DNA from: an uncultured Gemmatimonadaceae bacterium
GTDB taxonomy: Bacteria; Gemmatimonadota; Gemmatimonadetes; Gemmatimonadales; GWC2-71-9
DNA length: 64,000 bases
Reading direction: 5' to 3'
Assembly: GCA_964578865.1 (NCBI GenBank)
Contig: CAZOES010000007.1
Location: forward strand, 16,169 to 80,168
Position numbers and translations under genes: made by a program. Below the pieces are notes generated by a model. It had not been told where the DNA came from. It did no database searches and saw only the letters and a list, made by a program, of their open reading frames with translations. Within the stretch, counting starts at the first letter, position 1; each line of letters starts with the position of its first letter. This document shows, in pieces, positions 27,122-34,709 of the stretch.

Positions 27122-28954
27122 GTGCGCAATGCCATCCGCCGGTTGATTTTCGCGGTTGTTCTGGCGGTTCTGCCAACTTTTCTTCCAGCTCAACAAACCG
27201 CTCGCTACCAACGGCGCGAACTGACTATTCCGGTGCGGGACGGCACCCCGCTCTTTGCGGTTGCGCTGATACCTCAGGACCAGCCGAAGCCCCTTCCGAT
27301 CATCCTGATCCGCACCCCCTTCAGCGCGGCACGGGAGTTTCGCAATGCCGAGCTGCCGCTCTCGCTGAGAGAGCTGGGGGAGGATGGCTACATCTTTGTG
27401 GTGGAGGACATTCGCGGCCGATTCGGGTCGAAGGGCGAGTTTGTCACCAGTCGCCCCCAGAATCCGGGTGGGGTGGACGAGTCGACCGACGCGTGGGATA
27501 CCATCGACTGGCTGGTGCAGAACCTGCCGCACAACAACGGCAGGGTGGGGGTGATCGGGATTTCGTATCGTGGCTGGCTGGCGGGTCTGGCCGGTGTAAA
27601 TCCCCATCCGGCGCTCAAGGCGATTTCACCCCAGGCGCCCAGCGCCGATACCTGGCTGGGCGACGACTTTTTTCACCAGGGGGCCTTTCGTCTGACCCAG
27701 GGTGTGGCCTACACCGCGTACATCGAGAGCGAAAATGGCCTGAGCCCAACCAACTACGATCAATACGCCTGGTACCTCGGCTTCCCAACTTTGGATTCGC
27801 TGGCCCGGGCGACCGGGATCGCCGAGACGCCCTCATGGAAAGGCTTCGTGGCCCATCCGGCTTACGATGAATACTGGAAGGCGCGGGCGCTGCAGCGGGT
27901 GCTGACCAAGGCGGAGGTGGCCACTCTGTTTGTCGGCGGATTCTGGGATGAGGAGGACATGCTCGGTCCGGAGTTAGGCTACCGGACCGTTGAGAAACAG
28001 GATCCCAGGGGGATCAATCGAATTGCGATGGGACCCTGGTTCCATGGTGGGTGGGCCCGGCCCGGCGGCGACACTCTGGGGCCAATTCGGCTGGATAACA
28101 AGACCGCCGACCATTTCAGAGAAAAGATCCAGCGTCCCTGGCTGGCTCACTACCTTCATGGCCAAGGCGACGGGACGTTCCCCGAAGCCTGGGTCTTTGA
28201 GACTGGAGGGAATCAGTGGCGGACCTTTGATCAATGGCCGCCGAGGCAGGCGGCACCCCGTAAGCTGTATCTGTGGGGCGGGGGGAAGCTCTCCTTCGAC
28301 CCGCCACCCCCGCCGCGCCCGATTCGAGCCGGTCCCACCCCCATGCACAACGGTGAATCGGACGGCTTCATCTCCGATCCCGATCATCCAGTTCCCTATG
28401 TGCCTCGGCCCGACGATGGTAACGGCTGGCACAACTGGCTGCAGCAGGATCAGCGTTTTGTCGATGGTAGGCCCGACGTACTGACCTGGCAGTCCGAGCC
28501 GCTCACCGAGGATCTGGTGATCGCGGGTGATGTTGCCGCTCACCTGTTCGCTTCAACGACCGGAAGCGATGCCGACTGGGTGGTGAAGTTGATCGATGTC
28601 GCGCCCGACACGGCGAGCAGCGGCCCGATAACGGGAGGGTATCAGCTGATGGTCAACGCCGACATCATGCGGGGACGTTACTGGAAGGGGTATTCGCAGG
28701 GGGTGCCGATACCGCGGAACACCATCACCGAGTTCAGCCTGGACCTGCAGCAGCAACTCTACCGGTTCAAGAAAGGCCACCGGCTCATGGTGCAGGTCCA
28801 GAGCAGCTGGTTCCCGCTGTACGATCGCAATCCACAGACTTTCGTGCCCAACATCTTCAAAGCCCGGGCCGCCGACTACCGGGCCCAGGAGCACCGGGTG
28901 TATCACACCTCACTGGCACCTTCTCACCTGGTGCTCCCGGTCCTGCAGGATTAG
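27122..28954 (+). CDS. CocE/NonD family hydrolase (S15 X-Pro dipeptidyl-peptidase-like), secreted
   Basis: Family-typical layout with nucleophile elbow GISYRGW and a C-terminal jelly-roll region. Signal peptide MRNAIRRLIFAVVLAVLPTFLPAQ. Confidence 0.85.
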   Translation: MRNAIRRLIFAVVLAVLPTFLPAQQTARYQRRELTIPVRDGTPLFAVALIPQDQPKPLPIILIRTPFSAAREFRNAELPLSLRELGEDGYIFVVEDIRGRFGSKGEFVTSRPQNPGGVDESTDAWDTIDWLVQNLPHNNGRVGVIGISYRGWLAGLAGVNPHPALKAISPQAPSADTWLGDDFFHQGAFRLTQGVAYTAYIESENGLSPTNYDQYAWYLGFPTLDSLARATGIAETPSWKGFVAHPAYDEYWKARALQRVLTKAEVATLFVGGFWDEEDMLGPELGYRTVEKQDPRGINRIAMGPWFHGGWARPGGDTLGPIRLDNKTADHFREKIQRPWLAHYLHGQGDGTFPEAWVFETGGNQWRTFDQWPPRQAAPRKLYLWGGGKLSFDPPPPPRPIRAGPTPMHNGESDGFISDPDHPVPYVPRPDDGNGWHNWLQQDQRFVDGRPDVLTWQSEPLTEDLVIAGDVAAHLFASTTGSDADWVVKLIDVAPDTASSGPITGGYQLMVNADIMRGRYWKGYSQGVPIPRNTITEFSLDLQQQLYRFKKGHRLMVQVQSSWFPLYDRNPQTFVPNIFKARAADYRAQEHRVYHTSLAPSHLVLPVLQD

Positions 28955-28960
28955 CCGAGT

Positions 28961-29497
28961 CTAGTCGCGCAGGAAGTGACAGGTATAGCCACCGGGATTT
29001 TTCTTCAGGTAATCCTGGTGATAGCTCTCGGCGCTGTACCAGGTCGCCGGATTCTCGATGCTGGTGCTGATCGGCCGCTTCCACTTGCCAGAGGCATTCA
29101 CCCGGGCGATGACCCGCTCGGCCGCCGCCTTCTGCTCGGGGTTCTGGGGGAAGATGGCTGAGCGGTACTGAGTCCCGATGTCGTTGCCCTGACGGTTCAG
29201 GGTGGTCGGGTCATGCAGCCGGAAGAACCACTTCTCCAGGAGATCCTCGTAGCTCAGCACCGAGGGATCGAAGGTGATCTTGACCGCCTCCGCATGGCCC
29301 GACTTGCTGTCATGGGTGTCGTGGTAGGTGGGATTCTCCAGCCACCCGCCGGTATAGCCCACATCGGTGTCGATCACTCCGGCTACACCCCGGAGGATGT
29401 CCTCCACTCCCCAGAAACAGCCACCGGCCAGTACGGCAACCTCAGTCTGGCGGGCTCCGGCGACCGCCGGCCCTCCAGCATTCTTGCTCTCATTCAT
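28961..29497 (-). CDS. msrA: Peptide-methionine (S)-S-oxide reductase
   Basis: GGCFWGVE active-site motif and overall MsrA pattern. Confidence 0.9.
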   Translation of the reverse strand: MNESKNAGGPAVAGARQTEVAVLAGGCFWGVEDILRGVAGVIDTDVGYTGGWLENPTYHDTHDSKSGHAEAVKITFDPSVLSYEDLLEKWFFRLHDPTTLNRQGNDIGTQYRSAIFPQNPEQKAAAERVIARVNASGKWKRPISTSIENPATWYSAESYHQDYLKKNPGGYTCHFLRD

Positions 29498-29568
29498 GTT
29501 GGTCTCCTCCTATGGGTCCCGCACCAACCTAACGATCCCGGCGGGGAATCGGTTCTCTTTTCGCGGCT

Positions 29569-30663
29569 TTAGCCGCGATGAAACGCCCGAGGCAACGTGA
29601 TGGTGAATGTAGCGCCCCGGTCCACTTTACCCTCTCCGGAGATCGACCCGCCGTGCCGTTGGATGATCCGTTTGGTCAAGGCCAGCCCGACCCCGGTTCC
29701 CTCGAACTGTTCCGGTGGATGGAGCCGCTGGAAGACCCCGAAGAGCTTGTCGGCGAAGCGCATGTCGAAGCCGGCCCCGTTGTCGCTAACCTTAAAGATC
29801 ACCTGGTCTTTCTCGAGACGAGAGGTGATTTCCAGCCGTGGATCACTCCGATGATGGGTGAACTTGGCGGCATTGCTGACCAGATTGAAAACTACCTGGC
29901 GCAGCAAGGCAGCGTCCCCCATCACCGTCGGCAGGTCCCCGATTTCCACCCTGAGCCGGCGTCCGATTTCGGTCTGCTGGACTTCGCTCACTACTTGGCG
30001 GACCAGGGCTTCCATATCGACCGGCACCCCAGTAATGGAAGTGCGACCCAGGCGGGAGAAATCGAGCAGGTCGTCGATCAGTTGGCCCATCCGCAGGCTG
30101 TTATCCCTGACGATGCCCAGGAGGCGCTGACCTTCTTCGTCGAGCGAAGCCTGATGATCGTCCAGCAGAATTCGAGAGAACCCGTTGATGGCCCGGAGCG
30201 GCGCCCGGAGGTCATGGGAGACCGAGTAGCTGAAGCTTTCCAGCTCCTGGTTGGCAGTCTGCAACTCCTGATTGGCCCGCGCCAGCGCCGCCGGAGTCGG
30301 CAGAGCCACGGCTTTGGGCAACAGCGGGACCAGCGCGATGGCGGTGCCCACCGAGGCGGCGGCGGTCAATGCCTTCACACCTCCGGCTACCCAATAGCTG
30401 GGGTGCCAGAGGGTCCAGATCTCCATCAAGTGAGTAGTCCCGCAACCGGCGATGAAGATGGCGAACAACCAGAAGATCCAGTTGAACGGTACATCCTTTC
30501 GTTTGCGGACGAACCAGACCAGGCCGATCGGGATCGAGTAGTAGGACAGGGTAATGACCGAGTCGGAAATCAGGTGCAGCAGGACCAACCCCCGCTGCCA
30601 CAGGTAGCAGTAGCCGTGGGGATAGAATTCGGCCATCTCCGCGGGAAGCTGGGGGAGGAACAT
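29569..30663 (-). CDS. Sensor histidine kinase with N-terminal ethylene-binding-domain (ETR1-like) 3-TM module
   Basis: The N-terminus LISDSVITLSYYSIPIGLVWFVRKRKDVPFNWIFWLFAIFIAGCGTTHLMEIWTLW...VKALTAAASVGTAIALVPLLP aligns with my memory of Arabidopsis ETR1 residues about 20-110. The aligned blocks are ISD, Y.SIP, FV.K, CG.TH and K.LTA. An H-box (SHDLRAPL) and an HATPase domain (DNGAGF, GTGVGL) follow. ATG 30663 has GGAGG upstream. Confidence 0.8.
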   Translation of the reverse strand: MFLPQLPAEMAEFYPHGYCYLWQRGLVLLHLISDSVITLSYYSIPIGLVWFVRKRKDVPFNWIFWLFAIFIAGCGTTHLMEIWTLWHPSYWVAGGVKALTAAASVGTAIALVPLLPKAVALPTPAALARANQELQTANQELESFSYSVSHDLRAPLRAINGFSRILLDDHQASLDEEGQRLLGIVRDNSLRMGQLIDDLLDFSRLGRTSITGVPVDMEALVRQVVSEVQQTEIGRRLRVEIGDLPTVMGDAALLRQVVFNLVSNAAKFTHHRSDPRLEITSRLEKDQVIFKVSDNGAGFDMRFADKLFGVFQRLHPPEQFEGTGVGLALTKRIIQRHGGSISGEGKVDRGATFTITLPRAFHRG

Positions 30664-30874
30664 GAGGCACCTCCAACCCGGAGTGGGCCGGGACAAGGAC
30701 CACACCAGGCGGGTTGTATTCAGGGGGGTATCGTAGATTAGAAGGTATGGTCTTGATGGCAAGGCCGGCCAGGCCGGCTCATCAACCCGGGTGCATGATT
30801 TCTCGTGAAGCTGCCGGGGATGTAACGACTCCTTGCCCGGTGAGCGGGTGACTGGTACCGTGGGTTATCCCCTT

Positions 30875-31306
30875 ATGCAGGTATCCATGCCGATCGGGTA
30901 CGCGATCGACGCTTCTCGGCGGATCGTATTTCTGCGGGTGTGGGGAATCCTCGCAGGCCATATCGTCGAACAACTGGCCCTTACACTGCGTCAGATGGAG
31001 GGATTTGAGCCCGAGTTTTCAGTGCTCTGCGATCTACGGGAAGTGACTCGCTTCGCCATCGACCATCGCAAGGTGGCGGGATATGCCGCCAAGAGCGCCT
31101 TCCGGAGGGAAGCCCGTCGGGCCGTAATCGTCGGATCCAGCGAGTCGATGGGCATGACCCGGATGTATGAGCAGGTGGGTCGCTTCGAAGAGAGTCTGCG
31201 GATCTTCCACACCCGGGAGAGCGCACTCGAGTGGCTCGGCTGGCCGCCAGGTGAGCCGCTTCCCGCCGAATCAGGGGTTCTCGGGGCGCATCAGGTGATT
31301 GGCTGA
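30875..31306 (+). CDS. Hypothetical protein (possibly STAS/SpoIIAA-like fold)
   Basis: The ORF is coherent. The pattern ...RIVFLRVWG...VLCDLREV...RRAVIVGSSE...AWLG resembles STAS-like DUF proteins, so the assignment is tentative. The start is ATG 30875 or 30887. Confidence 0.4.
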   Translation: MQVSMPIGYAIDASRRIVFLRVWGILAGHIVEQLALTLRQMEGFEPEFSVLCDLREVTRFAIDHRKVAGYAAKSAFRREARRAVIVGSSESMGMTRMYEQVGRFEESLRIFHTRESALEWLGWPPGEPLPAESGVLGAHQVIG

Positions 31307-31407
31307 GCTCAATTCTTCATCCTTCCCTCACCTCCCCTCCGTTTCTTTCGAGTCTCCTTCACGCGCCGTTCATCTCTCCAGCGTTAAGCTGCCGACAACA
31401 TAAAGTG

Positions 31408-31423
31408 AGTCGCTTGAGCGACT
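31408..31423. promoter_or_regulatory. 16-bp inverted repeat AGTCGCT-TG-AGCGACT upstream of the usp genes
   Basis: Read directly. Perfect 7-bp arms lie 50 nt upstream of ATG 31473. Confidence 0.3.
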
Positions 31424-31472
31424 GTCAGCCGACCCGCGGCGGTTGCCGCGAGCAGTCCGCCGAGCCTGAGAT

Positions 31473-32318
31473 ATGCGGCACATACTGGTAGCCATAGACG
31501 AATCGCCGGAAGGCCGGGGAGCTCTGACCGGCGCGGCCCGATTGGCCAGCCGGGCCGCTGCCCGGTTGACCGCTCTGAAGATCGTACCTCCCGATTCCCC
31601 TCTGCTCGCCGGTCCCGGGGCGCTGGAGCGGCTGCAGCGCGACCACGCCGCCCTGATTTCGTTGCTCTCCCCGCCCATTCCACCGGTCGAGTTCGTGGTC
31701 GCGATCGGGCTCCCCGGAATCGAGATTTCCCGATTTGCCGAATCTTCCGGCGCCGACCTGGTGGTGCTGGGACGTAAACGCCGCAGCTCGGTCGAACGGC
31801 TCAGGGTGGGTTCTACGGCCGACGCGGTGGCCCGGCGCAGTCAGGTCCCCTGCATCTTCGTCGGGCCGGGAGACTCCAGCTTCGATCGGCTACTGGTCGC
31901 GCTCGATGGAACCGAACGGGGAATGCTGGTGCTCAACTGGGCCCGTCGCTTCGCCAAGGTGGTCGGGGCCAGACTGCAGGTGATCACTGTCGACCCGGTG
32001 TGCGACGATCCCCGGGGATCCCACGGGACTCACAACGGCAAGATCCGCCGGCTGGCTGAAGCAATAGAAACCCTCCGCCGGGAAGAGATCATTGCCCGGG
32101 AGACCTCGCCCACCTTCATCGCTGAACCGGCTCCCGCATTGCTGATTCAACGGGGCCGGGTGATCGACGAAGTCGTGAAGACCACCCTGCACACTCAGTC
32201 GGATCTCCTCGTGGTCGGGCATCACCGGGGTGGACCCGCCTCGACCAATGGAGAGTCGGGGGGAACTCGTTTCCTCCTCCGACTTAGTCCCGCCAATCTA
32301 CTCACCGTTCCCCTCTAG
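31473..32318 (+). CDS. Universal stress protein (tandem Usp domains)
   Basis: ILVAIDESPEG..., ADLVVLGRKRRS..., LLVALDGTERG..., DLLVVGHH. Confidence 0.8.
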   Translation: MRHILVAIDESPEGRGALTGAARLASRAAARLTALKIVPPDSPLLAGPGALERLQRDHAALISLLSPPIPPVEFVVAIGLPGIEISRFAESSGADLVVLGRKRRSSVERLRVGSTADAVARRSQVPCIFVGPGDSSFDRLLVALDGTERGMLVLNWARRFAKVVGARLQVITVDPVCDDPRGSHGTHNGKIRRLAEAIETLRREEIIARETSPTFIAEPAPALLIQRGRVIDEVVKTTLHTQSDLLVVGHHRGGPASTNGESGGTRFLLRLSPANLLTVPL

Positions 32319-32330
32319 AGGTGGTGGACT

Positions 32331-33260
32331 ATGATGAACACCTATCGTTCCATCCTGGTCCCGATCGACGGGACCGCCTTCGCGGAGCAGGCGCTGCCCC
32401 TGGCACTTGAACTGGCCCGCCAGCATCACGCGATTCTCCATCTGGCGATGGTGCATCAACCGGCCCCGGTCCTGGCGGCCGCGGTCGAGGTGCCGTCGGC
32501 AGGATTCATGATCGATGAAGAGTCCCGGCAGAAGGAGCAGAGCTATCTCGATCAGCTGGTCGAGCGACTCAAAGTCCGGCATCAGCCGGTCTCGGCGGTG
32601 ATTCTCAACGGAGAGGTCAATGAGGCGCTCGAGTCGCACGTTCGCCTGACAGTGACTGACCTGGTCGTCACCACTACCCACGGTCGCGGCCGGATGTCCC
32701 GGTTCTGGCTGGGGAGCGTGGCCGATCATCTGGTTCGCCACAGTCAGGTTCCGGTGATTCTGGTGCGGCCCGACAAGGCTTCCTCGGGGGTGACCCCCGG
32801 CACAATCGCGAAGGTGCTGGTCGCGCTCGATGGCAGCCCCTTCGCTGAGCGGGCTCTGCAGCACGCCAGTGCCATTGGCCGGGCCTACGGTGCCTCATTC
32901 GAACTGGTCTACGTGGTCGAACCACCCCTGCCAATCGCCGATCCCAACGGGATGATGATCTTGCCCCCCGCCGCAGAAACCGAGAAGGCGTTGATCCTCA
33001 AGGCCAGCCGGTATCTCGAGAGCATCGCCCATCCGCTCCGGGCTCAGGGTCTCCAGGTCGGCTGCACGCCGGTGATGGGGAGCGGGGTGGCAGAGACCCT
33101 GCTGGAAGAAGCCGGGAAGAGTGGCGCCGACCTGATTGCTCTGGCCAGCCACGGATTGGGGGGGCTTAAGCGGGTCGTGATCGGGAGTGTGGCCGATAAC
33201 CTGATCCGTCAGACCAACATTCCAATACTGGTGGTGCGGCCGGCGGCCGGGACCTTCTGA
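32331..33260 (+). CDS. Universal stress protein (tandem Usp domains)
   Basis: ILVPIDGTAFAE..., TTTHGRGRMSRFWLGSVADHLVRHSQVPVILVRP..., VLVALDGSPFAE..., ASHGLGGLKRVVIGSVADNLIRQTNIPILVVRP. Confidence 0.85.
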   Translation: MMNTYRSILVPIDGTAFAEQALPLALELARQHHAILHLAMVHQPAPVLAAAVEVPSAGFMIDEESRQKEQSYLDQLVERLKVRHQPVSAVILNGEVNEALESHVRLTVTDLVVTTTHGRGRMSRFWLGSVADHLVRHSQVPVILVRPDKASSGVTPGTIAKVLVALDGSPFAERALQHASAIGRAYGASFELVYVVEPPLPIADPNGMMILPPAAETEKALILKASRYLESIAHPLRAQGLQVGCTPVMGSGVAETLLEEAGKSGADLIALASHGLGGLKRVVIGSVADNLIRQTNIPILVVRPAAGTF

Positions 33261-34709
33261 TCAGCGGCCGGGAATGTTCCGCCCGTGACAGGCGGCACAA
33301 GTCTCGGGATTCTTCCGGCGCAACCGATCCGCATCGAAGCCGGGCCCGTGGGGATTGAACCCACGGGTCTGGCTGGAATGACAGGCCAGGCAATCACGCT
33401 CCGAGTGACAGGTGACGCAGGTCTCGAGATTCTGGCGAGCCGCCTGCCCATGACCCAGGACGAAGACGGCCTGGGCATCATGGAACTTGCCGCTCAACAG
33501 TCCACCGCTGGATCCAAAGCCGGACTGGGTATGACAGGAAGTGCAGAAGGCAGCCTGGTTATGGCACTGGCTGCAGTCGCTCTGCCGATTGTAAGCCGCC
33601 GCTGGATGGCGGGAAAGAAACCCGGCCGGATGATAGCTGTCGCTGCCGGCCGGATTGGGACGATGACACTCGAGACATTCGCTTCGGGCGTGACAGGCAT
33701 TGCAGCTCCTCGGCGCTGAGTTGGCCAGGGAGGCGTGGCGATCCGCGAAGTCGCCGGTATGAGTCGCCGGGCGAGTTCGCACGATCTGGGCTCCCGAGCC
33801 CCGTCCGGCACCCGCCGGTGGCAAAGCCAAGGCAACCGAGGGATTTGAACGGTGACAGCTCACACAGCTCGGCTGGGTATGACAGTTGGCGCAAGTCGCC
33901 TTGCTGCCGCGGCTGAGACTCCCATGCTTCCGCTGGAAATTGGCCTGCTGGTGGTCCGCCGGTGACTTGAGCTCCGCGCCGATCGCCAGCGAACGGGGAT
34001 CGGATTCCAGGGCCTGAATTGCCGCGACTTCCGGCGCGTTGACGTGACACTGGGTGCAGAACTCCCGAGCATGACAGGTGGCACAGCTCTGGGCCACGCC
34101 TCCACCTTGCCTTGCCTGGGCGCCATGGCCGGACGAGAGCGAAAAACCGGGCGCTTGATGCGAGGACGGGGTGGGGAATCGGGCCACCCGTTCCCGAGGA
34201 AGGCTGACCGCCTTCGCGAGGGTCAGGTGACAGGTGGCGCAAGTCGAGTCGGGGGCGGAGTAGTGGGCCACCCGGATCTGGTGGCAGGTCATGCAGGCGG
34301 CCTGCACCGGTGCAGCTTCAACCGCCATCCAAGCCGCGCCAGCTTGGCCATGGCACTCCATACACGAGAGGGTCGAATCCCGCCCAGCTCGGCCGTGCCA
34401 GGCCTCCCCGTGGGCCGAGTGGGTGAAACGAAGATTGGATACTCTCGGCTCCGGCGGTTGCCAGCTTACCTCGCGCAACGGCTTTCCCGCGACCTCGAGT
34501 TTTCCGTTGTGACAGTTGGCGCAGGTCACCGGCTGGGGGTAGAGAGGCTGAGCCTTTGCGGCGGCACCCGCGTGGCAGGTCTCGCAGCTGACGAACAGCT
34601 TCCGATGCTGCCAATGATCGAACCCGTCATCACGGGCAAGCCGGGCGCTGGTGGCGGCGCTCAGCAGGACTCCCAGCAAGAGCAGCCCGGCGGTGGTGGT
34701 CCGCTTCAT
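33261..34709 (-). CDS. Secreted 16-heme c-type cytochrome (doubled-CXXCH repeats)
   Basis: I counted 16 CXXCH motifs, five of them in close doublets such as CATCHAREFCTQCH and CVTCHSERDCLACH. Start moved to ATG 34709 (MKRTTTAGLLLLGVLLSAATSA, a signal peptide), which forms an ATGA overlap with the upstream gene's stop codon. Confidence 0.85.
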   Translation of the reverse strand: MKRTTTAGLLLLGVLLSAATSARLARDDGFDHWQHRKLFVSCETCHAGAAAKAQPLYPQPVTCANCHNGKLEVAGKPLREVSWQPPEPRVSNLRFTHSAHGEAWHGRAGRDSTLSCMECHGQAGAAWMAVEAAPVQAACMTCHQIRVAHYSAPDSTCATCHLTLAKAVSLPRERVARFPTPSSHQAPGFSLSSGHGAQARQGGGVAQSCATCHAREFCTQCHVNAPEVAAIQALESDPRSLAIGAELKSPADHQQANFQRKHGSLSRGSKATCANCHTQPSCVSCHRSNPSVALALPPAGAGRGSGAQIVRTRPATHTGDFADRHASLANSAPRSCNACHARSECLECHRPNPAGSDSYHPAGFLSRHPAAAYNRQSDCSQCHNQAAFCTSCHTQSGFGSSGGLLSGKFHDAQAVFVLGHGQAARQNLETCVTCHSERDCLACHSSQTRGFNPHGPGFDADRLRRKNPETCAACHGRNIPGR

